64,000 bases of DNA. Origin: Ascidiella aspersa. Taxonomy: Eukaryota. This document shows, piece by piece, positions 13,972-23,581 of this stretch. Each line of letters opens with the position of its first letter. Within the stretch, counting starts at the first letter, position 1. The position numbers and the translations under genes were made by a program. The stretch spans positions 27,156,001-27,220,000 of the forward strand of contig OZ004608.1 of assembly GCA_963924565.1 (NCBI GenBank). The letters are read 5' to 3'. Under the pieces are notes generated by a model. It had not been told where the DNA came from and ran no database searches. It worked only from the letters and a program-made list of their open reading frames with translations.

Positions 13972-16900
13972 TCAAATAAAATTATTTTCGTATTGTTTCC
14001 AAACGCTGTCCAATCCGTAATCTTGAAGCTTTTTGTCGAGCAATTTCGCCTGGGAGGTGGAGAGGTGATTTCGCCAATCGCCGATGGACCCCCGCCGAAT
14101 AACCGGGCATTTGCCGTCTTTTACGCGATCGCTCTTAAAATTAAATATCTTGCGATTTTTAGAGTCAAGGTATTCCGTAATTGAGTTCGTTTCAGACTGG
14201 AATGTGTGCAGTTTTTAGGTACGTTTTGATTAGTGTTAAAATATGTACATAATTCGACTAAAAATGCAAGTTTGCCAGTCCAAAGTACAACCTCGTTGTT
14301 TTTTTTATATAGGAAGTTCTGCGAATACGTTGTATTAACCCAAAACTGTCAGTATATTTAAACGCACCTATTAATTGAATAATAATAATAATTATACCTT
14401 TATATATTTATTAATACAAACAAATAGAACGTGACTGGTAGTTGCATTATTGTACGAAATGTAGTATTAAGGCGACAACCAGTTTATTTAGCGACCAAAA
14501 CGAAAAGGGCAAACGACCGGTGACAGCGCGCATAAAAAACGAGAGAAGAGAAAATAAGAAAAAGGTTCACTTCGTGTACACGTATGTGGGAAATTACAGG
14601 GCCGCTACATGACCCCCTCCCAGAAGTGAACCTATCAAAAACGATCAGGGGGGTGAATCACACGACCAGCGCGCGTTTGTACGAATGTTTGCTCCAATTC
14701 GTTGGGCTAAAGGTGGTGTCGAGATGTTGCGCGAAGGAGGTCTTCCTCGGCGGGGTGCTTAAGGTACCTCGATCGGTTGTGTCTCGTCGATGTATGCTGG
14801 CTTCAAGCGATCAATGGAAATCGTTTGGTTTCGCCCACCTATATTCACTGTGAACGTCTTGTCGCTGCGCCGAATTACTCGAAATGGCCCATTATACGGC
14901 GGCCTAATAAGGGGCGGGCGATGCTTGTCAACTCGTACGAAAACGTAATTACTCGTGCCAAGTGATGTAAGAACGTCCGTCTTTGCTCTACCGTGACGCG
15001 ACATCGGGGTTGGCGCCAGGTGTCGAAAGGAATCATGTTACCTCAGTCTCCGAACCTTGGAGTGCACCGGTGCCGCTTGTGGGAATGTAGTGCTCTACCC
15101 CGTGTGTAGGCAATGATTCTGAAAAATGGGGAGTGGTAATCCTCGGAAATTCCCCGACTAGACGCGTATACTTTGACGCACTGCTCGCGAGGGCATTTAA
15201 CTGTGGTGCTGAATGCTCAATCTTGCCAATAGAATTACTAGAGAACGTATGGGCGTTGATTAGGCGTCGGCGTTTGATGTCAACCAAAAGCGCGTGTGCC
15301 CGCAGGAAATCCGCGCCCAACAGAGGTTTCCAGACATCGGCAAGAATGAACACCCATTGAAACTTGCCCAAAGGTAAATCCAAGGCAATCGGGCGCGTTC
15401 CACATGTACGTATTTCGCTTCCGTTTGCAGCAATCAGGGTTTTGCCAGGAGGGTTCAATCGGCGTTCGCGTCCAGTGGAAGGAAAAACACTGACCTCGGC
15501 GCCAGTATCGACCAGAAAACTGTAACCTGAAGTACGGTCAAACACGTGGAAAAGGCTACCTGTTGTACCGACCGTCGCAGAAGCTAGCGCCGATCGGCTT
15601 CCTCGTTTCCCGCTTCCCAAGAACAGGGAGGTCGACAACACTTGGCTTTATTTCCAAATCGTTTGTGATAAAAACACAAGCCACTATCACTTGACTTTTT
15701 GAACTTGTTTTGCGGCAGCTTTGATTTAACGCTGGCAGAAAAAGCATTCTGGGCATCATGGCGTCCAGCGTGCAATAAAACATCGGCTGTCCGAGCCATA
15801 GCACGGTAATCGGTAAAAGTCTGTGCAGCAAGCCCTGTGCGTACATACGTTGACATGAGTTGTAGAAAAAGTTCTTCGAATAAGAAACCTGCTTCTTCCT
15901 CGCCCAACAAAATCAACATTTCATCCATTAGTGCTGATGGCATTTTGTCGCCTAAAGGGGGCATCTGAAGGAGACGCTGCGCTCTCTGCGACTTTGTGTG
16001 AGTGAACATTTGGAGTAAACGCTCCTTCAGACTTGTGTATTTGTTGTCGTCCGGCGGATTGTCAAAAATGTCTATTAATCGGCCAGCAGTATCTTGGTCC
16101 AAAGCGGAGACCACGTGGTAGTACTTTGTGATGTCCGTTGTAATCTTTCGTAAGGCAAACTGCGCCTCGGTTTGCTGGAACCATACTTTCGGCTGAGCAG
16201 TCCAGAATGTCGGCAACTTGAGAGCGACTGCGTGTTGCGATTCTATGCTCATGCTTCAGTTAGCAAAGCAACTTGCGAGGTCACCAATAAGGCGACAACC
16301 AGTTTATTCAGCGACCAAAACGAAAAGGGCAAACGACCGGTGACAGCGCGCATAAAAAACGAGAGAAGAGAAAATAAGAAAACGGTTCACTTCGTGTACA
16401 CGTATGTGGGAAATTACAGGGCCGCTACAGTATAATGCAATTCTTCTTAAGTCACTCGGGTTTAAAAGTTGAGTTTCGTCTTGCCTTAAACGCGGGTCAT
16501 TAAAAGTTGTATTTGTTAAAATATGCGTGACGCCGGAATGAATATGGCTAAACGTGCAACCTGAAAAACTTACGAATTTGTTCATGTTTTGCTTCATGAA
16601 ATCGAAACTGGAATGTTCGATAATGTTTTCCATCACTTCCCGATCCTTTACCATGTCCTCTTGACCCATAAACTTTGCAACTTTTCTTATAATATCTCGG
16701 ATATTTGACTGCAGAAAAAATAGTTATCTGGATTATATTAAACTTTTACAAGTAAAAAGGCTTTTAATTAAAGGAAAAGTATTTAGGCTTTTTGGCAGCA
16801 AATCGTTCGTTACCACTTTTTTTTGTCACGTTTTGTTTCTTATTCAATTTTTTATTTTTGCAAACCTGTTATACCTTTTGTTTATTGTTAATAATTCAAG

Positions 16901-17839
16901 AGAGGTCGAGGCATGTTTATATCTTATTTTCCAGTGCTTCCCAACCAGTGGTTCGAAAGCTATTTTTGGTGGGTCGCGAACCATTTCTAAATGTTGCGGA
17001 TTTCTATTAGATCGGGAAATTGATTGCATTATTATTACGTAACATTTATGCAACAATATGACAATTACGTAACAGTTAGATGTGTTGTGCCGCATTACTC
17101 CAGCACGTACGCAAGTAGTAAAGATGCAGGTTTTTGGAACTTTATTCGTTTGATCATATCTTACTGTGAGTCGCAAAATAAAACTTGCATTAAAAGTGGG
17201 TCGCGAACTGAAAAAGGTTGGAAAGCACTGTTGTCTGTTGTATTCGTACACACTCACCACCATATCTTCATAAAGAACGATCAGAACATTCTTGTCGTCG
17301 ACGTATTTCATCCACTCCGTCACGTGATCAAAGTAGTCGCCGTAGTCGGTTTGGCCGCGGCAGAAAATGTCGACGTAATCGTCGAAGTTGCCCTTGAAGT
17401 GGTACAGGTTCTCGTACACCACCGTGTGGTGATAGAAAGAAACGCACACGTCCTTTGGGTGGCGCAACACGTACACAAATTTGCATTCCGACGCTCTTGC
17501 GAAATGGCCGCGCGGTAAGTGGCTGTGAAAGAGCGTCGGTTCGCGCCCTAGCGCTTTATGACGTAACAGCCTGTCACGGCCCACCGATTCGGAAAACAAA
17601 ACTTGTCCCGACAGCGTTTCGCCCTTTGGAAGGGCTTCACCTCGATTAGCGATCAGCCAAACGATGTTCATCATCCACGTAGTTCCACTCTTAGGGTATG
17701 ACGTCACCATAATGTCATATTTGTCGAATTTAAAATCGACAAGGTCGTTGTACTTCTCTTGCGAGCAGTGACTCGGCATGGCAAAGGTACCCCCGCTCTT
17801 CGTGGTAACCCTTGTAACCGTATGCTGTGGGATATCCAT
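13972..17839 (-). CDS. Cytosolic PAPS-dependent sulfotransferase (SULT family), 3 exons: 17839-17258, 16708-16574, 14196-13972; ~313 aa
   Basis: 5'-PSB loop SYPKSGTTW, 3'-PB RHPKDVCVSFYHH, YEDM and C-terminal RRGSIGDWRNHLS (RKGxxGDWK-type) are present. Both introns are phase 0 with GTGAGT/CAG and GTAAGT/CAG. Stop TGA is at 13974-13972. Confidence 0.93.
14468..14609 (-). repeat. 3' LTR
   Basis: Reads TGTAGCGG...AATAAA...GTCGCCTTA on the minus strand and is preceded by the polypurine tract. Confidence 0.95.
14610..14621 (-). other. Polypurine tract
   Basis: GGGAGGGGGTCA directly abuts the TG of the 3' LTR on the minus strand. Confidence 0.85.
14636..15037 (-). pseudogene. Integrase C-terminal remnant (GPY/F module), disrupted
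   Basis: Reads LAPTPMSRHG...YVFVRVD...PPYNGPFRVI...ISIDRLKPAY. An in-frame TAA at 14761-14759 precedes APRRGRPP, and the terminal TRAGRVIHPPDRF is in another frame. Confidence 0.85.
15033..15611 (-). CDS. pol: Retroviral-type aspartic protease (truncated pol), expressed by -1 frameshift from gag
   Basis: Catalytic FLVDTGAEVS and LLGADFL motifs are present. The ORF ends just after the RT-proximal HGVEHYIPT motif. Confidence 0.9.
   Translation of the reverse strand, partial: GKRGSRSALASATVGTTGSLFHVFDRTSGYSFLVDTGAEVSVFPSTGRERRLNPPGKTLIAANGSEIRTCGTRPIALDLPLGKFQWVFILADVWKPLLGADFLRAHALLVDIKRRRLINAHTFSSNSIGKIEHSAPQLNALASSASKYTRLVGEFPRITTPHFSESLPTHGVEHYIPTSGTGALQGSETEVT
15584..16252 (-). CDS. gag: Gag of gypsy element, 222 aa, intact
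   Basis: Begins LKLPTFW...WFQQTEAQFALRKIT and ends with the CFYHKRFG..A..C..PC knuckle typical of this gypsy group. The ATG lies ~35 nt after the 5' LTR. Confidence 0.92.
   Translation of the reverse strand: MSIESQHAVALKLPTFWTAQPKVWFQQTEAQFALRKITTDITKYYHVVSALDQDTAGRLIDIFDNPPDDNKYTSLKERLLQMFTHTKSQRAQRLLQMPPLGDKMPSALMDEMLILLGEEEAGFLFEELFLQLMSTYVRTGLAAQTFTDYRAMARTADVLLHAGRHDAQNAFSASVKSKLPQNKFKKSSDSGLCFYHKRFGNKAKCCRPPCSWEAGNEEADRR
15605..15611 (-). promoter_or_regulatory. -1 ribosomal frameshift slippery heptamer G GGA AAC
   Basis: An X XXY YYZ heptamer lies in the gag frame within the gag/pro overlap, and its -1 frame is the protease ORF. It is followed by self-complementary GAAGCCGATCGGCGCTAGCTTC. 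Confidence 0.85.
16276..16286 (-). other. Primer binding site, tRNA-Trp-like
   Basis: TGGTGACCTCG lies one nt after the 5' LTR. It resembles the TGGTGACCCCG tRNA-Trp PBS with one G-U wobble. Confidence 0.7.
16288..16429 (-). repeat. 5' LTR
   Basis: 140/142 identical to 14468-14609; AATAAA at 16308-16303. Confidence 0.95.
16932..17230. mobile_element. hAT-like MITE (family with 37628-37922 and 44555-44864)
   Basis: TIRs CAGTGCTTCCCAA...TTGGAAAGCACTG, with internal GGGTCGCGAA motifs shared among the three copies. It explains the non-SULT tail of ORF 16844-17839. Confidence 0.85.
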
Positions 17840-17952
17840 TCAGTTTTCACAAAATTGGTTTCATTGAGTTAAATTTAAACCCTGACAATTCGAACGCGTC
17901 TCTGATAATTAATGGTTGCAGGTTGTTTTTTGTCAATTTCTGTCCAAAATTG

Positions 17953-18036
17953 CACCGGGAGGTACTTTATATACAAAATATACACCGGGAGGTACTTTAT
18001 ATATACTTTATATACACCGGGAGGTACTTTATATAC
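17953..18036. repeat. Three tandem copies of CACCGGGAGGTACTTTATATA upstream of the sulfotransferase ATG
   Basis: Copies start at 17953, 17983 and 18015. Confidence 0.9.
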
Positions 18037-20792
18037 AAAGAATTAGTTCATTGATTAACTTTTTTTAATTTTAGGACACAATTAACGAGTGATATCTATG
18101 CTGGCATTGGCTTCCAATTGACCACAATCAACTTTTTTTATCTCAGACGTTTTGTACTTAAAAAATGCTTTGTTCTTTGCTAATTTCAGAGCCTACCGTT
18201 CACTATTACAAGTTAATGCTGGCCCTGCTGAGGTGTTGGATAGTCTAAATGGAAACCAGTGACCACAGAACAAACACTGCATTCGAACACAAAACAAACA
18301 CGCCATTCAGTTACATTTTCCGATTGAAGCGATGAGCTGGTAAGGAGATGTACAGCTATACGCCGTACAACTTACAAAGTGCCTACGCAACCATTGTTGG
18401 CGAAGATACTGTAGCTTGCAATATCGTAAAGCAACACGTAGGCTATTTTGATTGCGAACAAATCTTTCGTACCAATAATGCACATTTTCTATGTGTAAAC
18501 CGACAAGCAAGATTTACAAACTACAAGTTTGCTATTTGCCCTGCAGATCAGTTAGCTATTAATAATTAGCTCGTCCTAGCCGCAGTGCAGCAGTACAAAC
18601 TAGACTGGGTTTGCGATGGTTGTATATATACGAAGAACAGTGGCGTATCCCCTTCGGACGGTGAGTTAAACCAGACAAAAATTAACAAAAAACTATAATG
18701 TCACTTACAAAAAGGGAGGCCTTTAATGCGAAACCAAAATCAAACGCAAAACGCCGTTTTTCGTTTCTTGTTTGGTCGACCGTAAACGCAGGATTTTTTT
18801 TCTCTTTCACCTTTCGTTCGAATTGGCTAATCAGCAAGTGTTTGCTCGACAATTAACAACAATAAATCAAGCGGTCTCCGAAGCCACTGGTCTACGCAAT
18901 GATCAAAGAATGTTACCGTGGGCAATTGAGAAGCCGAATAAAAACCGTTAATCATCGAGAATAAAGTTAAAATTAATTTTTTAGGGGATTTGTTTAAAAT
19001 GTCCCCAGTCGACTTTTACGATCACAGCACATAAACAAATCCAGAATATTTGTTTTAAGTCGGAGGCATTTAGAATGACGTCACAAAGTTACATCAAAAA
19101 ACAATTGTTCTAAAAAAGAAACACCTGTTGTTTTCAAACGAACTCGCGCGCAAATACGAAGCTAAAATCCAGTTTAAATGTGCATATCGCAAAACAAATT
19201 GGGTTTATTTGTTGAAATTGACAAAACTTCAATTAAAAGGGTGCGACGCATATGGCACATCAAAGGATTCCAATATTGCTCTAAATAACGACATTTTTAG
19301 TTGAATTTAACACAAATTAGACTGTAAAGGTATAAGTCACACGACGCAAGCGTAGAATATCGACTTTATATTGAATGAATAGATTAAAAAAAACGATTGA
19401 AGTACATCAAAATTCTTACATTTACTTCAAGTATCGTCATAGTTCAAGTAATTTAAGAAACTTGTTATTCTCATGTAAACATACTATAAAATGAAAATAA
19501 TACTCGTGGCTCACTATAAATGGCTCTGCGGCCCAGATTTAGGCCGCGGCCCACAGTTGGCCGTGATGGTGTTTCTCGGGGAACTAAATTCATCGGAATA
19601 AGGCCTATATTCATCGGAGGATTTAGAACTTATTTCGATTAAGGTTTCGGTTTTGGTTTATTAATATAGGAGCGAAGTGAAATACTAACTGGCATATTTG
19701 TTTAAAAGACATGCAGTTAAGTTGGCTTTAGCCTCATTAACATTTCTCTTTCGTGGCATTAGTTTTTCCGGGTGATTAGATTTTCGTAACTATATTTAAT
19801 CATGTTATTGTTCTGTATGTGTGAAATATTTGCGCTTAACAAGGTTTAATATATTGACCATTACCACATTCCTTGTAAGTTTAATTTGGATTGCAGTGGC
19901 CCGCATAGTCGCTTTAACTGCTGTGAATGAATTGCATAAGTACTTTATTTCCTTGAAAAACCAATAATAAAATTTGGAAGGTTAGCCACAGGGAAAAATG
20001 TAATACAGGAAACAATTAACTTGCGGCACACAATTCGATTGCGGCACACAATAAAAAACATGTATACGTACAGAAATACACTTAGAAACTTGCAAGGGTT
20101 GTTACACATTATTGTGGTCGAACTAATCAAATGTTTTATTTTTTGTCGAACTAAATGTGTTTTTTTTCATGTCCAAAACAAAAATGTCACAATTCACTTA
20201 TCAAGACGAGCTGAAAGCGGTGGGCTTAAAAGCTGTTAATAATATTGTGATGACTAAAAATGCACCGAAAACATTATATAAAAAAAAAGTTTATAAAATT
20301 TTTTTACCTAAGTTTGGCAGACATACCTTTGGTTCTTCTACTTTACTCAATATAATATTTTTGTATTGTGTAGGTATCAACGGGCTCAAACTCTAAAAGA
20401 ATGTAAATCGGTGCGGTCAGTATTTCAGTAAATTCCATTTGTAAAATGATAACTGAAAAGATTTAGCCCAGGAAAACATTTATATTAAAGTCGTCAGGCC
20501 ACACATGTTTGCAGAATTATAATTTCTGTTTTTTTTTTGATTTTGCGTACTGAAATCATCCCAGTTCAAAAGTAAAAATTTTATCATTCCCATTGAAAAA
20601 GTAAAAAATCTACATTTTATTCAGCCCAACCGTTTCAGCATTTCGCACCTGCCATTTTGATTAAAACTTGTACTACATTGAAGTCCACAAATGTTCGTCA
20701 ATTTCGTTTGTGACGTAACACATGTGTCAGCTGTAAATTACTTGCTAGACTGCTAGTAAAGGTCTATATCTTAAATCCGGCTCTTTCTATTT

Positions 20793-21655
20793 CAGGGGTG
20801 GGCAAACTTTTTGGCTCGAGGGCCGCATTCAGAATCTGAATTTGTTCGAGGGCCGCACCATAGTATAATTGAGATTATATAAGCCATAACATAAAAATTA
20901 AAATAGTAAAAACACAAGCTTTTTATTAATTTTCAAGTGATCAAAGAAACGTAGATTTTATATAATACTTTGAAGATATAAAAAAAAAAAAAACGTTTGT
21001 CTAATTTATTTATTTGAATACAAGCCACATTTTCGCCTTTTATATTGTTTTGAGCAGATTATTATGGGTGAGTTTTACCTAACCACACATATATATTGAA
21101 CGAATTCACACAGCACAAGAACAAAACAGTTTAAAACTAAGTCAATCACTCCAGCCAGTGTTGTAATGACTTAAGTCACTGTTTTTAAATGAATTGAATT
21201 GACTTAAGGTTTTTTTTTTATCGGGTTATTTATCTTTTTTGCACACAAAACAATTTGCTATATGTTGCAAATTGTTAAGGTTTCAATTTTAGGACAAGGA
21301 CTTGACTTGAAGTTGTCTTGCTTTAATTATGACTTGGACTGGGAATTGACTTGTTGTTTGTTCGAAAAGACTTGAATTGGACTTAAGTTGTTTTACGAAA
21401 GACTTTAATGAGACTTAAATCATTTCAAAATGACATGTTTACAACACTGCATTACTCATATGTTAACAACTTGCTAAACAACTAGCAACTAATAAGATAA
21501 CACTTGCGATGCGGCGCCGAACTCAGAAATTTAGATTGTGACGTAATAGGTTGTTTAGCAATTTTTTTTATATTATTGCTTGAGGCCTCCGCGCGCCGCA
21601 CAGAAAATTGTGACGGGCCGCATGCGGCACGCGGGCCGTAGTTTGCCCACCTCTG
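20793..21655. mobile_element. Non-autonomous hAT (Charlie-like) element with nested MITE at 21156-21449
   Basis: TIRs CAGGGGTGGGCAAACT / AGTTTGCCCACCTCTG, perfect 8-bp TSD TTCTATTT and subterminal GGGCCGC motifs. Confidence 0.9.
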
Positions 21656-23581
21656 TTCTATTTGGTACGAAGAAAGTAACACAAAAAAAGGTCTAGAAAT
21701 ACCGCATACCGCAACGCACATTATTAGGGTGTCGGTAGCGTTTGGGTGTGGGTGGGTCAATTATTATTATATTTATTAAGAGTAATAAAGCTTGACCCAC
21801 CCAAACTAAAACGCATATTTATTATTAATAAAAGGTCTTAACTATAATTTGCATATTTTAACAACAGCTGCAAATATTTTCTTACTTAGCTATTTTACGT
21901 TTTACACCCTTTTTAGGTATGTTTTTAGCACAATTGCATTTTTTCACCGTTGAGCACAACATTGAGAGAATAACGGCTCTATTCAAGTTATAAATTTTAC
22001 AAACTTAAACTACATAAACAGTAAAAATTAGGGCGTTTCTAGAACGTTTTTTTAGTGAATTTTTATGTGTGTCAAATGGATAGCACCGCGTGGACTCAAA
22101 AAAAATCAGAAACAAACGCACAGTATTTTTTGCGTTCGCAAAACTTTTTACGTATATTTCCTGTGCAGCCGTATAGCTGAGGACTTACCTACAACCAGTT
22201 TGATAAATTCAATATTCAATTTTTTCGGTGCGCTTGGTACGCTTAAATGCATTTAAACCCAATTTGAGTTTCCGCACCAATTAAACCAGGAACAGAATAT
22301 TTCTTAAGCTTGCTTATTTGATGACGTCACATTTGTGACGTCACCTCTCAATTTTTTCACGACGCAGCCATAAAATATACCTGCGCACTAAGAATAATAT
22401 TTGCGCAGTAGAAAAATTTCTTAGAGGGAACACTGTGCGGGACCCATGGAACGGATTTGCTTTTTCGGTGATATCTTTCGAATTACAACTCAAAAACACT
22501 TGCGGTATTTTTTGTGGAAAGCTTACAGCTATGGGTACCTACAAAAAAAAAATAATTGAAATTTGACATATCCTTCTAAGTTTTGTTTTTAATATAAAAA
22601 GCATCCCTTTTTGTTCCATCGGTCCCATCCCACAGGACCTATGGAACACCCAATGGGCCTATGGAACAGAGCATGACTGCATCTAAAAAAAACTACGCTG
22701 AATATTGCTAAAGTGCATAACTCCTCAATTAATGTGGTAGAAACAATAGCACAAGAAAATTTATTTACAAGAATAAAATAAAAAAAACACAGAAACCAGC
22801 ACAAAATACAGAAATGATATTTTTTAAATTTTGGCTGAATTAGCAACCCGTGTTTATTATACCAATTATTTTTCTTCTTCATGAGAACACATCTAAAAAA
22901 ATAAGAATAGTCAAATGTGCGTCCCTAAGCGATTTCGTAGAGTCTCGAGTCTGACTCTACAGTCTGTATTCCCCCAATTGACGTAACTAAATACGATTGG
23001 CTAATCAGCTATCCACTCATAGGGGTGTCATATAATTCATCCATTTACAATACATGGTTGGAATATATGCACCATGCAATAACGCTTTTCCAATTTACAG
23101 TTGCGGCCTTATTAGTTCCAAAATTTGGTACTGCGCACGTCGGACTCGAACTCGGGTAGTTTTACGTGGTCTTACTCGAGTCCAGAGTCCGACTCCACAG
23201 TCCTGGTCCTCAGTAAACAATCCCTTATTAGATGCTCTGGTCTTAAATGTTGACATGCTGGTATCCTTAAAATCTAAGAATGTGTAATAAAATGATTGAG
23301 GGACCAATGGAACAGACTGTTCCAAAGGTCCTCTAACCAGCATTTCTAAGAAAATCACTCGCGGTTAGCTAGCACGCTGATATAAACGAATCAAACTAAC
23401 TTACAACACGTAGCTAGATATCACCTCTTTCTACAAAAACAAATTTAATGCTTTACAGTTACCTAAATACTATCAAAACACCTCGCAAATATCAAGCTAA
23501 TAAGTACATGTTTACCTAAAAAAGTGAAAAATTGTAATAAATCAACCATTTCCCAAAGAACGCTGGTCGCTGGAGACCTTT

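Larger units (their letters stand above)
14468..16429 (-). mobile_element. Internally deleted Ty3/gypsy LTR retrotransposon (1,962 bp) in sulfotransferase intron 2
   Basis: Two 142-bp LTRs differ at 2 positions. TSD GTAT is at 14464-14467 and 16430-16433. PBS, PPT, gag, protease and an integrase C-terminal remnant are present. Confidence 0.97.

Noticed and set aside
16844-17257. C-terminal part of the 331-aa sulfotransferase ORF
   Set aside because: It is read-through past the GTGAGT donor into an intron containing a MITE. The true C-terminus is in exons 2 and 3.
18180-18680. Possible SINE/LINE end or ncRNA upstream of the sulfotransferase
   Set aside because: No recognisable promoter boxes, TSD or second copy was found.
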